Shown here: piece after piece, positions 16,503 to 29,314 of the stretch
Numbering within the stretch: position 1 is the first letter of the stretch
Layout of the letters: every line of letters begins with the position of its first letter
Assembly: GCA_963674535.1 (NCBI GenBank)
Contig: OY771363.1
Location: 177,335-241,334 of the forward strand
From: Christensenellaceae bacterium
GTDB taxonomy: Bacteria; Bacillota; Clostridia; Christensenellales; CAG-138
Length of the DNA: 64,000 nucleotides
Direction: 5' to 3'
The notes under the pieces: generated by a model
Seen by the model: only the letters and a program-made list of their open reading frames with translations
Databases searched by the model: none
What the model was told of the DNA's origin: nothing
Translations under genes and position numbers: made by a program

Positions 16503-17864
16503 GTGGCCACAATACTGGAGCGAAACGGTGGTTACCTGATCATGGTCAGCGAAGGGTATGGCCTGGATGGGCGGCAGAAACGAAAGCTCATGACATGGAG
16601 ACCGGAGCCGGGCATGACGAAACGGCAAATCAAAGAAGAACTCACGCTGCAAGCAGCCCTGTTCGAGCGCAGAGTACGATCCGGCCAGGTGCTGGACGGG
16701 CATGTGACGTTCGCGGAATTCGTAGAGCGCTGGAGACGGGATTACGCGGAATTGAACCTTGCCCCGAAAACGCTGGTTCGTTACGGCGAACTGCTGAAGC
16801 GCATCCTCCCTGCAATCGGACACATTCGATTGGACAAGCTGCAGCCGCACCACCTCATGGCCTTTTACGCCGGTCTGCAGAACGCGGAGAATCAAAGCGG
16901 GGCGTCTTTCAAAGCGACGCCTCGCTTGCTATCCGTGTTTGAGCAATCGGGAATGACACGCCAAGCCCTGGCAGACGAAGTTGAGTGCCATGTGAATACG
17001 ATCTACCGTCTGATCCGTGGCCAGGGGGTCGACATCCGCATTGCGCAGGAGGCATGCGATATTCTCGGGGTTCCATTTGCCGAGGGAGCAGAATCGACGA
17101 AACCCGTGCACCAGTTGGCGGGAAAGACGATCAACCACCATCACCGGCTAATCTCGTCGATCCTGAATCAAGCGGTATTCTGGCAGGTGATCACGGACAA
17201 CCCTTCACACCGGGTGAAGCCACCCAAGGTCGAGCGAAAAGAGGCAAAATACCTTGATGAAGAGCAGACCGCGACTCTTCTGCACTTATTGGAAAGCGAA
17301 CCATACCAGAATCAGGTGATGATCCGGCTGTTCCTGCTCAGCGGGGTACGGCGCGGGGAGCTTTGCGGGCTGGAGTGGAAGGACATCGACTTCAAAAACA
17401 ACATGATAACAATCTGCCGAACGTCACAATACCTGCCGGAGAAAGGCATCTTTACGAAAGGCACGAAAACGGATTCTTCCGTACGTACGATCAGGCTGCC
17501 GGAGCAGACGTTTGAGATGTTGAAAGAGTTTCGTAAATGGCAGAGAAAAAGGCGTGTCGCTGTAGGCGACCGCTGGGTTGACTGTGATCGACTTTTCACG
17601 CAAGATGATGGCTCACCGATTCATCCCGACAGTATATCGGGTTGGTTTCACGATTTCATATCGCGGACCGACCTGCCACAGATCTCGATCCACTCCCTGC
17701 GGCACACGAATATCACGCTACTGCTTGCGGCGGGGATTCCGTTGAAGACGGTGAGCTATAGGGCGGGGCATGCGCAGACCTCGACGACCGCGAACATCTA
17801 CTCGCATGCGATAAGGACGGCGGATGAGAAGGCGGCGGAGGTGCTAGAGAATATTGTGTATTAA
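16503..17864 (+). CDS. int: Tyrosine recombinase/integrase (phage integrase family)
   Basis: 453 aa with an N-terminal SAM-like/core-binding region. The C-terminal catalytic region has RRGELCGLEW, HSLRHT and ...NIYSH (catalytic Tyr). Confidence 0.9.
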   Translation: MATILERNGGYLIMVSEGYGLDGRQKRKLMTWRPEPGMTKRQIKEELTLQAALFERRVRSGQVLDGHVTFAEFVERWRRDYAELNLAPKTLVRYGELLKRILPAIGHIRLDKLQPHHLMAFYAGLQNAENQSGASFKATPRLLSVFEQSGMTRQALADEVECHVNTIYRLIRGQGVDIRIAQEACDILGVPFAEGAESTKPVHQLAGKTINHHHRLISSILNQAVFWQVITDNPSHRVKPPKVERKEAKYLDEEQTATLLHLLESEPYQNQVMIRLFLLSGVRRGELCGLEWKDIDFKNNMITICRTSQYLPEKGIFTKGTKTDSSVRTIRLPEQTFEMLKEFRKWQRKRRVAVGDRWVDCDRLFTQDDGSPIHPDSISGWFHDFISRTDLPQISIHSLRHTNITLLLAAGIPLKTVSYRAGHAQTSTTANIYSHAIRTADEKAAEVLENIVY

Positions 17865-17941
17865 TGTGCAAATTGAGAATAAACTTGCGGAAAAAGTAAA
17901 CAAGTGCTAAAATATTTAGCAGTATTGACCGAGGTGAGTGT

Positions 17942-19006
17942 ATGGCACGTAATCAAACAACTATAGCAGACATTGCAAAAGCCGCAAAAGTATCCGCAGG
18001 TACTGTATCAAATGCTTTGAACGATAGAAAAGGAATTAGTCCCGATAAAAAACAGGAAATCCTAGAAATCGCTGAGCGATTGGGATATCGAAAAAGCACC
18101 GAGCAACGTGAATCAAGAGAGATTAGATTCGTGCTTTTCAAAAGGCACGGGTTTGTTGTGGATGACACACCGTTTTTCTCGCAGTTAATTAGTGGTATTG
18201 AAGCGGCTTTACGAACGAACGGGTATCGAATGTTGATTACCCAACTCAATTTGACCGAGAATCATACGAGTGAAACTATTGAGTCACTAGTATGTGATTC
18301 GTGCAATGGCGTACTCGTTTTGGCCACCGAGATGATCCGTGATGATTTGGTTTTATTTAGTGGTTTGAAAAAACCAATTGTTTTCTTAGACAATTACTTC
18401 CGCGATCATCATGCAGATTGCGTTTCGATTGCGAATGAAGAGAGTGCATATGCAGCCACAAGCCTGATTATTAACGCTGGACACACGAAGATAGGACTGC
18501 TATCCAGCTCAACGCATATCAACAATTTCTACTATCGCAAACGTGGCTTTGAGACGGCGCTGCACGATTACGGATTAGAACTATCATCTGCACACGAGGT
18601 TTCGATATGCCCGACATTGGAGGGTAGTTATCGGGATATGAAAGCAATGCTTGCGGATGGAAAACTTAAGCTGCCCACTGCCTTTTTTGCGGAGAATGAT
18701 ATCATCGCGCAAGGAGCGATGCGAGCTCTAAAGGAGTACGGAGTCAGAGTGCCTGAAGATGTATCGATTGTTGGATTTGACGATATGCCCTTCTGTGAAC
18801 TTTTGACTCCACGTCTAACAACCGTCAATGTGAATAAGCAGAATATTGGGCAGGAAGCAGTGGCTTTACTACTCAGAAGGATTGAAGACGACAGAGTTGC
18901 TGCTATATCAACGTTTGTTAAAACAGAAATTGTAAAGCGGGATAGCCTTCTTGACGCGAAGGCGAATGAGTCACTTAACAGAGTATCGGTGGCTGACATG
19001 CTGTGA
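17942..19006 (+). CDS. LacI-family transcriptional regulator
   Basis: N-terminal HTH TIADIAKAAKVSAGTVSNALN followed by a periplasmic-binding-protein-like sugar-binding fold. Confidence 0.9.
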   Translation: MARNQTTIADIAKAAKVSAGTVSNALNDRKGISPDKKQEILEIAERLGYRKSTEQRESREIRFVLFKRHGFVVDDTPFFSQLISGIEAALRTNGYRMLITQLNLTENHTSETIESLVCDSCNGVLVLATEMIRDDLVLFSGLKKPIVFLDNYFRDHHADCVSIANEESAYAATSLIINAGHTKIGLLSSSTHINNFYYRKRGFETALHDYGLELSSAHEVSICPTLEGSYRDMKAMLADGKLKLPTAFFAENDIIAQGAMRALKEYGVRVPEDVSIVGFDDMPFCELLTPRLTTVNVNKQNIGQEAVALLLRRIEDDRVAAISTFVKTEIVKRDSLLDAKANESLNRVSVADML

Positions 19007-19302
19007 TGCTTGATAAAATCAAGATATGTGATGAAGATTGGGGCAGATACTCTCAAGAGTATATGGCCCTTTTTTATCAAAATTGCTAGATACATCATAG
19101 ATAAAACATTTATCTTATAAAACAAAAACATTTATTTATATATTGACATGCATTTTGCTTTATGTTACCTTAAATACACAATACAAAACCAAAACAGATC
19201 AACTTGGGCAAAATTTAAAAAAATCAACAATAAAAAAGACAAACAAATTACAAAACAAAAGCTAAAAAAAGATAAAACTATTAATAGGTGGTTTTGAGGT
19301 TT

Positions 19303-20113
19303 ATGACTTACTCGTTTTATGAAGAAAAAGCGAAAGAGATAAGATCCAGCATCTTAAAACTGGTTTATGAGGGGAACTGTGGGCATACCGGCGGCTCTCT
19401 CTCCGAAACGGATATCATGGTTGCATTGTTCTATGATGTGATGAAATATCGTGTTGAAGAACCAAACTGGTCCCTCCGTGATCGTTTTGTACTGAGCAAG
19501 GGGCATGCGGTTGAGTGCCTATACTGCATTCTGGCAGATGTCGGGTATATTTCCAAAGAAGAACTAAAAACATACGGAAAGTTCGCCACACGCTTAATCG
19601 GGCATCCGAATAATAAGCTCAATGGAATTGAAGTCAATTCTGGCGCGCTTGGTCATGGGTTACCTGTCGCCGTCGGCATGGCACTTTCTCTGAAAAGGGA
19701 TCAACTCGCATCTCGGGTGTTTGCCTTGCTAGGAGATGGAGAACTGGCGGAAGGATCGAATTGGGAAGCGGCTATGGCCGCTTCGAATTACATGCTCGAT
19801 AACCTTTTCGTAATTGTTGACAGAAATCGTCTTCAGATTAGCGGTAATACGGAAGATGTTATGAAACTTGAACCCCTGGCAGACAAATGGCAAAGCTTTG
19901 GATTTGACGTCAGGGAGATAAACGGACATAACTTCGAAGAAATTATACAAGCTACTCTTCCGGCACCCTACTTGAAACCACACGTCATTATAGCTAATAC
20001 GATCAAGGGCAAAGGCGTTGATTTCATGGAGAATCAAGCTAAATGGCATCACGGCGTTCCGACAAATGAGGAAATGGTGAAAGCAATCGATTGTTTGAAG
20101 GAAGGGAACGCTC

Positions 20114-20121
<8 letters not shown>
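19303..20121 (+). CDS. Transketolase, N-terminal (TPP-binding) subunit
   Basis: GHTGGSLS, GHP and GDGELAEGSNWEA motifs of split transketolases. ATG 19303 with a GAGG upstream is preferred over GTG 19288. Confidence 0.9.
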
Positions 20122-22118
<1,997 letters not shown>

Positions 22119-22131
22119 GAGCCAAATAATC

Positions 22132-22172
22132 GACACTGCTGCTTTATGCTCTATGCGTAAAGCAGCAGTGTC
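22132..22172 (+). promoter_or_regulatory. Perfect 15-bp intercistronic stem-loop after the binding-protein gene
   Basis: GACACTGCTGCTTTA (22132-22146) pairs perfectly with TAAAGCAGCAGTGTC (22158-22172). There is no U-tract, so it is more likely an mRNA-stabilising or attenuating hairpin than a full terminator. Confidence 0.5.
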
Positions 22173-22211
22173 AAAGAGAACATGAACGAAACCATAAGGA
22201 AGGTATGCACA

Positions 22212-22877
22212 ATGAAGACGCGCGTTCTTGCGGTAGCCGCTTTTATACTTGCACTCGGTCTTTTTTGCACTGGATGCAATCTGATCACTATCGTTCCACT
22301 GGATATGAATGCCACGGAGCAGACGTTCTATCAAGAAGTAGTTGACTCTGACTTTGATGCAGATGCTTATGCTACTGAACAGTGGGCGGCGATTACAGAT
22401 TATGCTAGCAAGAATAGCAACCCGATTGATTATGTGATTGCGCTCTTTCAGAGGGATCCGAATGCATGCGGCGAAAAGTATGGCACAAGACCGGATGCAA
22501 ATTCCCTATGGCAATATATTACGAACGGAGACGCGGTGGTTTTATTGGTCAACCGCAAGTCTCAGGCGGGGTTACTGGAACTCGACTTGCCGCCATTTGA
22601 TGGTGTAGCGGACTGCTATCTTCAGATTGGTCCAGTCATCAAGGGTCAGGCAATTCGCGATTCTATGCCATTCATCAGCTTTAAAGATTTTGTAAACCAG
22701 CTCCAATTTGGCGATGTAGCAAAAGCATTAAATACATATGCGTATAAAAATGTCATTAGTTCGATTGACATCGATGCATTACAAGGAAAAACGATCAGCT
22801 TTACTGGTGCGTTTACTGCCGAGCCGGGGAAGAACGCGAATATTATTCCAATCATTTTATCAGTTACTGAGGGGTGA
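22212..22877 (+). CDS. DUF2291-like lipoprotein associated with sugar ABC systems
   Basis: Lipobox FCTGC. The position between an RbsB-like gene and the ATPase gene is the usual context of DUF2291 (recalled, not searched). Confidence 0.65.
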   Translation: MKTRVLAVAAFILALGLFCTGCNLITIVPLDMNATEQTFYQEVVDSDFDADAYATEQWAAITDYASKNSNPIDYVIALFQRDPNACGEKYGTRPDANSLWQYITNGDAVVLLVNRKSQAGLLELDLPPFDGVADCYLQIGPVIKGQAIRDSMPFISFKDFVNQLQFGDVAKALNTYAYKNVISSIDIDALQGKTISFTGAFTAEPGKNANIIPIILSVTEG

Positions 22878-22882
22878 GAATC

Positions 22883-24439
22883 ATGGTTGAGAACAAACCA
22901 GAACACATCGAAGATGTGGTAATGGAAGCTCGGAATATCACAATGGTCTACCCTGGCACCATCGCTTTGGATGGGGTTGATTTTAAGCTCTACAGAGGGA
23001 AAGTGAATGTACTGATAGGTCAAAATGGTGCAGGTAAATCTACCCTAATGCGGATTTTGGCCGGGATAGAACAACCGACTCAAGGGTCGATCTATCTCAA
23101 CGGGGAAGAAGTCAAGCTCAATGGGCCAAAAGAAGCTGCGGGAAAAGGAATCGGAATCATTCATCAAGAATTGAACTTATTTCCCTTGTTGACGGTTGCT
23201 CAGAATATTTTTATGGGACAAGAGGACGCGAAATTTGGCGGTCTTTACATCAATCAAAAAGAGAACAATAAAAAGGCGGCAGAGATTTTAAAGCGCTTGG
23301 AACATTATATCAACCCGAAGACACAGGTCGCTGAACTGAGAATGGGGCAGCAACAGATCGTTGAAATTGCTAAAACGCTGCTTCAGCAGAACATCCAGGT
23401 TTTAATCATGGATGAGCCGACGTCATCGCTGAGCCGTGCAGAAGTCGATATTTTATTCAAACTGATTCATGAACTGAAAGAACAGGGAATTACGATTGTA
23501 TATATTTCTCACCGGATGGAAGAGATTCTACAGGTGGGTGACTATATTACCGCGCTGCGCGATGGACACAAAGTTGCAGAGGATTGGATCAAAAACGTTG
23601 ATATATCCTGGATGGTGCGATCAATGGTAGGTAAATCGCAAGAAGGCATTCGCATCGAGAAGACAGACAAGCCGCTTGGGGATGAAGTGTTGCGCGTGGA
23701 ACATTTAAGCCTTCCATCAGAGGCCGGTGGATACACACTCGATGACGTCTCATTTTCTCTTAGACGCGGCGAAATACTGGGAATTTATGGACTACTGGGA
23801 GCTGGGAGAACGGAATTGCTGGAATGCTTGATGGGGGTTCGCTCCGATGTTCAGGGTGAAATCTATATCAAGCAAAGTCGGACTCGATTTGAGAAGATCA
23901 GCAAACAGATCAGAAAGGGATTGTTCCTTGTTCCGGAAGATCGAAAAGATACCGGCTTGATTCATTCACTTAGCGTTGGAAAGAACCTTACGATAGCTAG
24001 CCTGAAAAAATTTACTAGGGCTGGATACCTGAGCAAGAGAAAAGAATCTGCAGCAGCCGATCAGACGATAAAAGAACTGAGCATTAAGGTTGCGGATAAG
24101 GGGTTGCCGATCTACTCACTCAGTGGAGGAAATCAACAGAAGGTTGTGATTGGAAAGGGTATTTTGACAAATCCAAGCATTCTTCTGCTTGACGAACCGA
24201 CTCGCGGTATTGACGTAGGTGCAAAAGAAGAAGTGTTTAAACTGGTCTATGAGATCTCTCACAAAGGTTGCGGTATCATCTTGGTTGCATCTGAGTTGGG
24301 TGAAATCACGCGAATCTCGGACAGGATCATTGTCCTGTCAGGTGGCAAAATAACTGGCGAATTCTCCCCGGATGTTTGCTGCGACGAGACCTTGGTAAAG
24401 GCCAGCGAAGCAAACCTAAAAACTCAGAAGGTATGTTAA
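22883..24439 (+). CDS. Sugar ABC transporter ATP-binding protein (duplicated NBD, RbsA-like)
   Basis: Walker A GQNGAGKST, LSGGNQQK and DEPTRGID motifs; two nucleotide-binding domains. Confidence 0.9.
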   Translation: MVENKPEHIEDVVMEARNITMVYPGTIALDGVDFKLYRGKVNVLIGQNGAGKSTLMRILAGIEQPTQGSIYLNGEEVKLNGPKEAAGKGIGIIHQELNLFPLLTVAQNIFMGQEDAKFGGLYINQKENNKKAAEILKRLEHYINPKTQVAELRMGQQQIVEIAKTLLQQNIQVLIMDEPTSSLSRAEVDILFKLIHELKEQGITIVYISHRMEEILQVGDYITALRDGHKVAEDWIKNVDISWMVRSMVGKSQEGIRIEKTDKPLGDEVLRVEHLSLPSEAGGYTLDDVSFSLRRGEILGIYGLLGAGRTELLECLMGVRSDVQGEIYIKQSRTRFEKISKQIRKGLFLVPEDRKDTGLIHSLSVGKNLTIASLKKFTRAGYLSKRKESAAADQTIKELSIKVADKGLPIYSLSGGNQQKVVIGKGILTNPSILLLDEPTRGIDVGAKEEVFKLVYEISHKGCGIILVASELGEITRISDRIIVLSGGKITGEFSPDVCCDETLVKASEANLKTQKVC

Positions 24440-24449
24440 GGAGACGAAT

Positions 24450-25493
24450 ATGGAACTAAAAAAGCTGTCTAATAAGAACAATGAACTCAGCATTCTGTTA
24501 CTAAAGGCGCGAACGTTTATTGTTCTGATCCTTTTAATAGGAATATTCGCATTACTGGAGCCAAAATTTCTCTCCTGGAATAGCATCATAAGCGTCAGCA
24601 AACACGTAGCGCGCTATGCGATCCTAGCGATCGGCATGACATTCGTTATTGTGAGTGGCGGGATTGACTTGTCGGTTGGCTCGGTCGCCGGATTGAGTGG
24701 CATGATCGCGGGCATGCTAATAAAGGGTATTGTGTTCCGTGCGCAGGGCGTTGTTGTCTATATGAACATCGTTCTGGTAGTAGCAATCGCAGTTTTCATC
24801 GGTGCTTTGATCGGACTGGTCAATGGATTGGCCGTAAGTAAACTCAAAGTGCCGGCGTTTATCGTAACATTGGGAACGGCGAACATTGCGCGAGGTTGCG
24901 CGTTGTTGAGCAATGCGGGCGCTACTTTCCCGAGCTTGATCGGGAAAGCAGAATATCACAACACAGGATTTCCGTTTTTAGGGTCAGGCGCCATCCTGGG
25001 AATCCCGGTGATTATTTGGACAATGATCGTGCTTGCAATTATCAGCGCATATATATTTACAAAAACTCCGCTTGGATGGCATGTTTACGCAACAGGTGGC
25101 AATGAGAAAGCTGCGAAACTCTCGGGCATCAACACCGATAACACGAAACTTTTCGTTTTCATTTTCTCAGCGGCATGTGCCGCGTTGACGGGTGTTTTTG
25201 CAGCAGCGGAGTTGGAAGCAGCACATCCTGCGACAGGTGACGGATGGGAAATGAATGCGATCGCGGCTGCGGTGCTCGGCGGAACCTCAATGATGGGTGG
25301 CATGGGAAATGTTGGCGGAACAATCATCGGCGCTTTCGTTATTGGTGTTTTGACGGATGGCATGGTTATGATGGGGATTTCTTCCTTCTGGCAACAGATT
25401 ATCAAGGGCATCGTCATTATTGCTGCAGTTGTCTTGGATCAGTCACAGCGCGATCTACAGCGAAAAGTGGCACTCACCCGGAAAGATGGATAA
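24450..25493 (+). CDS. Sugar ABC transporter permease (RbsC-like)
   Basis: 347 aa, roughly 9-10 hydrophobic helices, IDLSVGS motif. Confidence 0.9.
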   Translation: MELKKLSNKNNELSILLLKARTFIVLILLIGIFALLEPKFLSWNSIISVSKHVARYAILAIGMTFVIVSGGIDLSVGSVAGLSGMIAGMLIKGIVFRAQGVVVYMNIVLVVAIAVFIGALIGLVNGLAVSKLKVPAFIVTLGTANIARGCALLSNAGATFPSLIGKAEYHNTGFPFLGSGAILGIPVIIWTMIVLAIISAYIFTKTPLGWHVYATGGNEKAAKLSGINTDNTKLFVFIFSAACAALTGVFAAAELEAAHPATGDGWEMNAIAAAVLGGTSMMGGMGNVGGTIIGAFVIGVLTDGMVMMGISSFWQQIIKGIVIIAAVVLDQSQRDLQRKVALTRKDG

Positions 25494-25519
25494 ACGGTAA
25501 ATATTGTTAGGGGGAAATT

Positions 25520-26938
25520 ATGAAAAATAGCGTTGTGAGAATTGGCGTTGCGCCAACACGGAGAAACATCTTTAGTAAAAAAGAAGCCCTTCGCTTAAAG
25601 AGCGATCTATATAACAAGCTTCGTGAACTGGAAGTGGACTTTGTTGATATCGAAGATCTCAATGAAGAAGGCCTGCTCATCGGCGATGAGATGGTCGATA
25701 AAGTCGTCGAGAAGTTCCGCCGCGAGAAAGTGGATGGTCTGTTTTTTCCGCATCTCAACTTCGGTACTGAAGATCTGGTCTGCAAAGTGGCACAGAAACT
25801 CAATGTTCCCGTCCTGATTTGGGGACCCAGAGATGGTGATCCGACCAAGGAGGGCTACCGGTTAACCGACTCGCAGTGCGGATTGTTTGCAACAGGAAAG
25901 GTGCTTAGAAGATTTCGCATTCCATTCAACTACATGACGAATTGCCGTATGGAAGACCCTGCCTTCGCAAGAGGTATTCGTGTGTTTCAAGGTGTCGTGA
26001 ATGTCGTGAAAACCTTTCACAACACCCGCATTCTGCAAATTTCAACCAGACCCGCTGATTTTTGGACCATGATGTGCAACGAAGGCGAGCTGCTTGAGAA
26101 GTTTGGCATTCAGATTTTCCCGATCTCTTTACCGGATCTTTCAGCTCGAGTTAGAAAAGTAAAGGCGGAAGAAAACGGGCAAACAGAAGAAGTGCTCGCT
26201 TATGTACGCAAAAACATGCGTGTTGAGATGAGTGATGATAAGCTGATGACTGTAGCCGCGCTTAAAGTCGCGATGCAACAAATCGCGCAAGAGCACGACT
26301 GCTGCGCGATTGCAATACAGTGCTGGAATGCGCTGCAAGACGAGATTGGCATCATGCCGTGTGCTGCGAACGGTCTTCTAACGGACGAAGGAATTCCGGT
26401 GGTTTGTGAGACAGATATACATGGCGCGATTACGGCTGTTCTAGCACAGGCAGCCGCCCTGGGAGAAGAACCAACATTTTTCGCGGACTGGACGATTCGA
26501 AGCACGACGAATGACAATGCTGAGCTGCTGCAGCACTGCGGTAATTTCCCGCCGTCGCTGGCCAGAAGTGAGAGAAAAATCGGCACTCCGTTTGTCTTTG
26601 CTTCTCAATGTCCGGGTGCCGTTTCTCAGGAACTTAAGCGTGGAGACATTTCAATCGTAAGATTTGACGGTGATAACGGGCAGTACTCCATGTTAGCAGG
26701 TACAGCTAAAGTCATCGACGGGCCTTATAATGCCGTTTCTTACGGGTGGATAGAAGTAACGAATTGGCCGATGCTCGAGAAAAAAATCGTTGAAGGTCCT
26801 TATGTCCATCACTGTGTAGGAATTTATCAAAATATCATGCCGGTGCTGTATGAAGCAAGTCGTTATCTTGGATTTGCGCTCGACTTTTATGATGACTCGA
26901 CAGAAAACGAAGTGCTGAACTGGCTGATGGGTGGTTGA
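25520..26938 (+). CDS. L-fucose/L-arabinose isomerase-family protein
   Basis: 472 aa. The N-terminal IGVAPTRRNIFSKKEA... and the ETD...HG region resemble the fucose isomerase superfamily. This is a family-level call only. Confidence 0.7.
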   Translation: MKNSVVRIGVAPTRRNIFSKKEALRLKSDLYNKLRELEVDFVDIEDLNEEGLLIGDEMVDKVVEKFRREKVDGLFFPHLNFGTEDLVCKVAQKLNVPVLIWGPRDGDPTKEGYRLTDSQCGLFATGKVLRRFRIPFNYMTNCRMEDPAFARGIRVFQGVVNVVKTFHNTRILQISTRPADFWTMMCNEGELLEKFGIQIFPISLPDLSARVRKVKAEENGQTEEVLAYVRKNMRVEMSDDKLMTVAALKVAMQQIAQEHDCCAIAIQCWNALQDEIGIMPCAANGLLTDEGIPVVCETDIHGAITAVLAQAAALGEEPTFFADWTIRSTTNDNAELLQHCGNFPPSLARSERKIGTPFVFASQCPGAVSQELKRGDISIVRFDGDNGQYSMLAGTAKVIDGPYNAVSYGWIEVTNWPMLEKKIVEGPYVHHCVGIYQNIMPVLYEASRYLGFALDFYDDSTENEVLNWLMGG

Positions 26939-26939
26939 T

Positions 26940-28427
26940 ATGGCTCACTATATCATCTCGATCGATCAGAGTACGGCTGCGACGAAAGCGATACTCTTCA
27001 ACGATCGTTGCGAGCGTATTCATCGGGTCGACATACCTCATAAGCAAATCCACCACAAACCGGATTGGGTCGAGCATGATCCGGATGAGATCTTCAAGAA
27101 CGTTCTGGAAGTGATTCGAAGAACACTTTCTGAAACACGAGTTTTTCCGGAAGAAATTGCGGCGCTTTCGATCACAAACCAACGCGAAACAACATTGCTA
27201 TGGGATGCCGAAGGGCATCCTGTTGCAAATGCGATCGTATGGCAATGTTCGCGCGCCAAAGACATCACTGATTTATCTGAAGTAAAGTCAAATAAGCAGT
27301 ATATTGAAAGTGCGACAGGGCTTACTTTGTCGCCCTATTTTTCTGCAGCCAAAGCCCGCTGGATATACGATCGAAGTGAAGTGAAGCAGGATCTGTTTTT
27401 CGGCACGATCGATAGCTGGCTGATATTCAAGCTTACGGGCAGGCATTTCACGGATTACTCAAACGCGTCCAGAACACAGCTCTTTAACATCCATACCCTT
27501 GAGTGGGACAGGGAATTATTGAGCATCTTCGGACTTGAGAAGGTTTCCATGCCGACCGTATTGGCAGCTGACGCCATCTTTGGGTATACGATGGCGAATG
27601 GGATTTTTAAAGAAGCAATACCGATTATTGGTGTCATGGGGGATTCGCAGGCGGCATTGTTCGGACAAGGGTGCGTGAAGCCGGGTACCGGTAAAGTGAC
27701 ATTCGGTACGGGTAGTTCTGTTATGTTGAACATTGGCGAGGTGCCTAAACTGTCAGGATCAGGACTTGCAACTTCCATTGCGTGGAAGCTTCTGGATAAG
27801 GTTATCTACGTTTTTGAGGGAAATATCAACTGCAGCGGAGACACGATTCGTTGGCTGGTAGACGAGTTGGGAATCCTTCCAAGTGCGAAGCTGTCCGCTG
27901 AGTATGCGCAGCAAGTAGTGTCATCTCAAGGAGTCTACATCGTTCCTGCTTTTGTGGGGCTTGGCGCACCATACTGGGACAGTGACGCGCGCGCGATGAT
28001 CTCAGGATTATTCAGAAGCGCAAACAAGTACCATATTGTTCGGGCCGCCGTGGAATCGATGGCATATCAAGTAAAAGACATATTGGAAGTGATGCTAGAA
28101 GAATCCGGTATGCCGCTTGGCGAGATCAATGCGGATGGGGGCCCATCGAGGGATGCTTTTTTAATGCAGTTTCTGGCCGATATTCTCGGCACCGAAGTTG
28201 TCTGCAAAGAGGTGGAAGAACTATCTGCACTGGGCGTAGCGTCCATTGCGTTGGATAAACTGGAACTGCGATCCAATGCGATACTTGCAGATACGGATCG
28301 GGTCGAAATTAAACGATTTCTACGGAAAATGCCTGAAGATTATGCCCGGTATTTATATAGTGGCTGGTTAGCGGCTGTCGATTTATGTTTGCGTAAGCAC
28401 AAGACTGTATCGGAGGATTTATGTTAA
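26940..28427 (+). CDS. FGGY-family carbohydrate kinase (glycerol kinase/xylulokinase-like)
   Basis: IDQSTAATKAILF, ITNQRETTLLWD and FGTGS motifs. Confidence 0.85.
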   Translation: MAHYIISIDQSTAATKAILFNDRCERIHRVDIPHKQIHHKPDWVEHDPDEIFKNVLEVIRRTLSETRVFPEEIAALSITNQRETTLLWDAEGHPVANAIVWQCSRAKDITDLSEVKSNKQYIESATGLTLSPYFSAAKARWIYDRSEVKQDLFFGTIDSWLIFKLTGRHFTDYSNASRTQLFNIHTLEWDRELLSIFGLEKVSMPTVLAADAIFGYTMANGIFKEAIPIIGVMGDSQAALFGQGCVKPGTGKVTFGTGSSVMLNIGEVPKLSGSGLATSIAWKLLDKVIYVFEGNINCSGDTIRWLVDELGILPSAKLSAEYAQQVVSSQGVYIVPAFVGLGAPYWDSDARAMISGLFRSANKYHIVRAAVESMAYQVKDILEVMLEESGMPLGEINADGGPSRDAFLMQFLADILGTEVVCKEVEELSALGVASIALDKLELRSNAILADTDRVEIKRFLRKMPEDYARYLYSGWLAAVDLCLRKHKTVSEDLC

Positions 28428-28855
28428 AAGGAATTTCACCCGCATTATGCCCTGAATTGCTGAAAACCATTGCCGAAATGGGACATGGTGATGAGATCGT
28501 CATTGGGGATTGTAATTTTCCGGCAACAAGTCTCGGAAAAAGAGTGATCCGGGCGGATGGCGTATCGGCGACGGATTTACTAGACGGCATATTGAGACTT
28601 TTTCCACTGGATCACTTTGTCGAAGAACCCGTCATGTTGATGCAGGTAGTACCGGGTACTTTTGATGGCGATCCGCCTATCTGGGACAAGTTTCGCTCGA
28701 TTATTCGAGCGAACGAGGGAGATATCAACATTCGCTTTCTTGAACGTTTCGAGTTCTATACGAAAGCATCTCAAGCGTTTGCAACAATTCAATCAAGTGA
28801 ACAGGCTTTGTACGCATGCATCATTCTAAAAAAAGGCGTCTTACTGGCAGATTGA
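28421..28855 (+). CDS. RbsD/FucU-family sugar mutarotase
   Basis: MLKGISPALCPELLKTIAEMGHGDEIVIGDCNFPA matches the FucU/RbsD N-terminal signature. Confidence 0.85.
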   Translation: MLKGISPALCPELLKTIAEMGHGDEIVIGDCNFPATSLGKRVIRADGVSATDLLDGILRLFPLDHFVEEPVMLMQVVPGTFDGDPPIWDKFRSIIRANEGDINIRFLERFEFYTKASQAFATIQSSEQALYACIILKKGVLLAD

Positions 28856-29239
28856 AACGAGTTTTAAGCTGCTTACGGTTTATGCGTCCGCATATTTTAT
28901 TTGACTGCAGTATATTTTCTTTCTAGGGATCATGCTAAAAGATAGGGTTCGCCTTGCTCTGGCACACATTCACAGGTTCGAGCTGGAAATAAATACTTGC
29001 AGGCGGTTGAGATTTTGCCTAAGGCCATAGGCGGCGTGCATAGCAGAAAACCGGCGGTGCATCTTCGCGAAAGAAACAACTTAGTGGAAGCTGAAACCCA
29101 GAAGATTTTCTTTGAGCGATCACTCATAATCTCATGTAATCGCAGATCATTCTGACGATCAACGATCTCTTACAATAAAGATTACTACAAAGGCAGAAAC
29201 TTTTGATTATCCCGAACAATCCTAGACTATCCAACATCC

Positions 29240-29272
29240 CAATAAACATCAAATAAACATCAGCTAGTAGGT
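29240..29272. repeat. 33-nt direct repeat, copy 1 (CAATAAACATCAAATAAACATCAGCTAGTAGGT)
   Basis: Matches 29512-29544 with one mismatch. It contains an internal ATAAACATCA duplication. Confidence 0.8.
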
Positions 29273-29314
29273 TTTGAGCCAATTACGTGCCTTGAATCAT
29301 TTTACAAACAACGC

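Larger units (their letters stand above)
14456..17864 (+). mobile_element. Small integrative element, copy A (deletion derivative lacking dnaB, orf94 and the 5' part of xis)
   Basis: Aligns with 51657-56850. 15173-16267 equals 52384-53478 and 16268-17812 equals 55242-56786, identical as far as can be read; the arms are diverged. Carries HTH, replication organizer and a tyrosine integrase. Confidence 0.75.

Noticed and set aside
19100-19300. An AT-rich region upstream of the transketolase genes with a TTGACA hexamer (19143-19148) and duplicated AAAACATTTAT motifs, considered as a promoter and LacI operator.
   Set aside because: I found no convincing -10 box at proper spacing and no palindromic LacI-type operator by eye. 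It is plausible as a promoter region but not supportable as a defined site.
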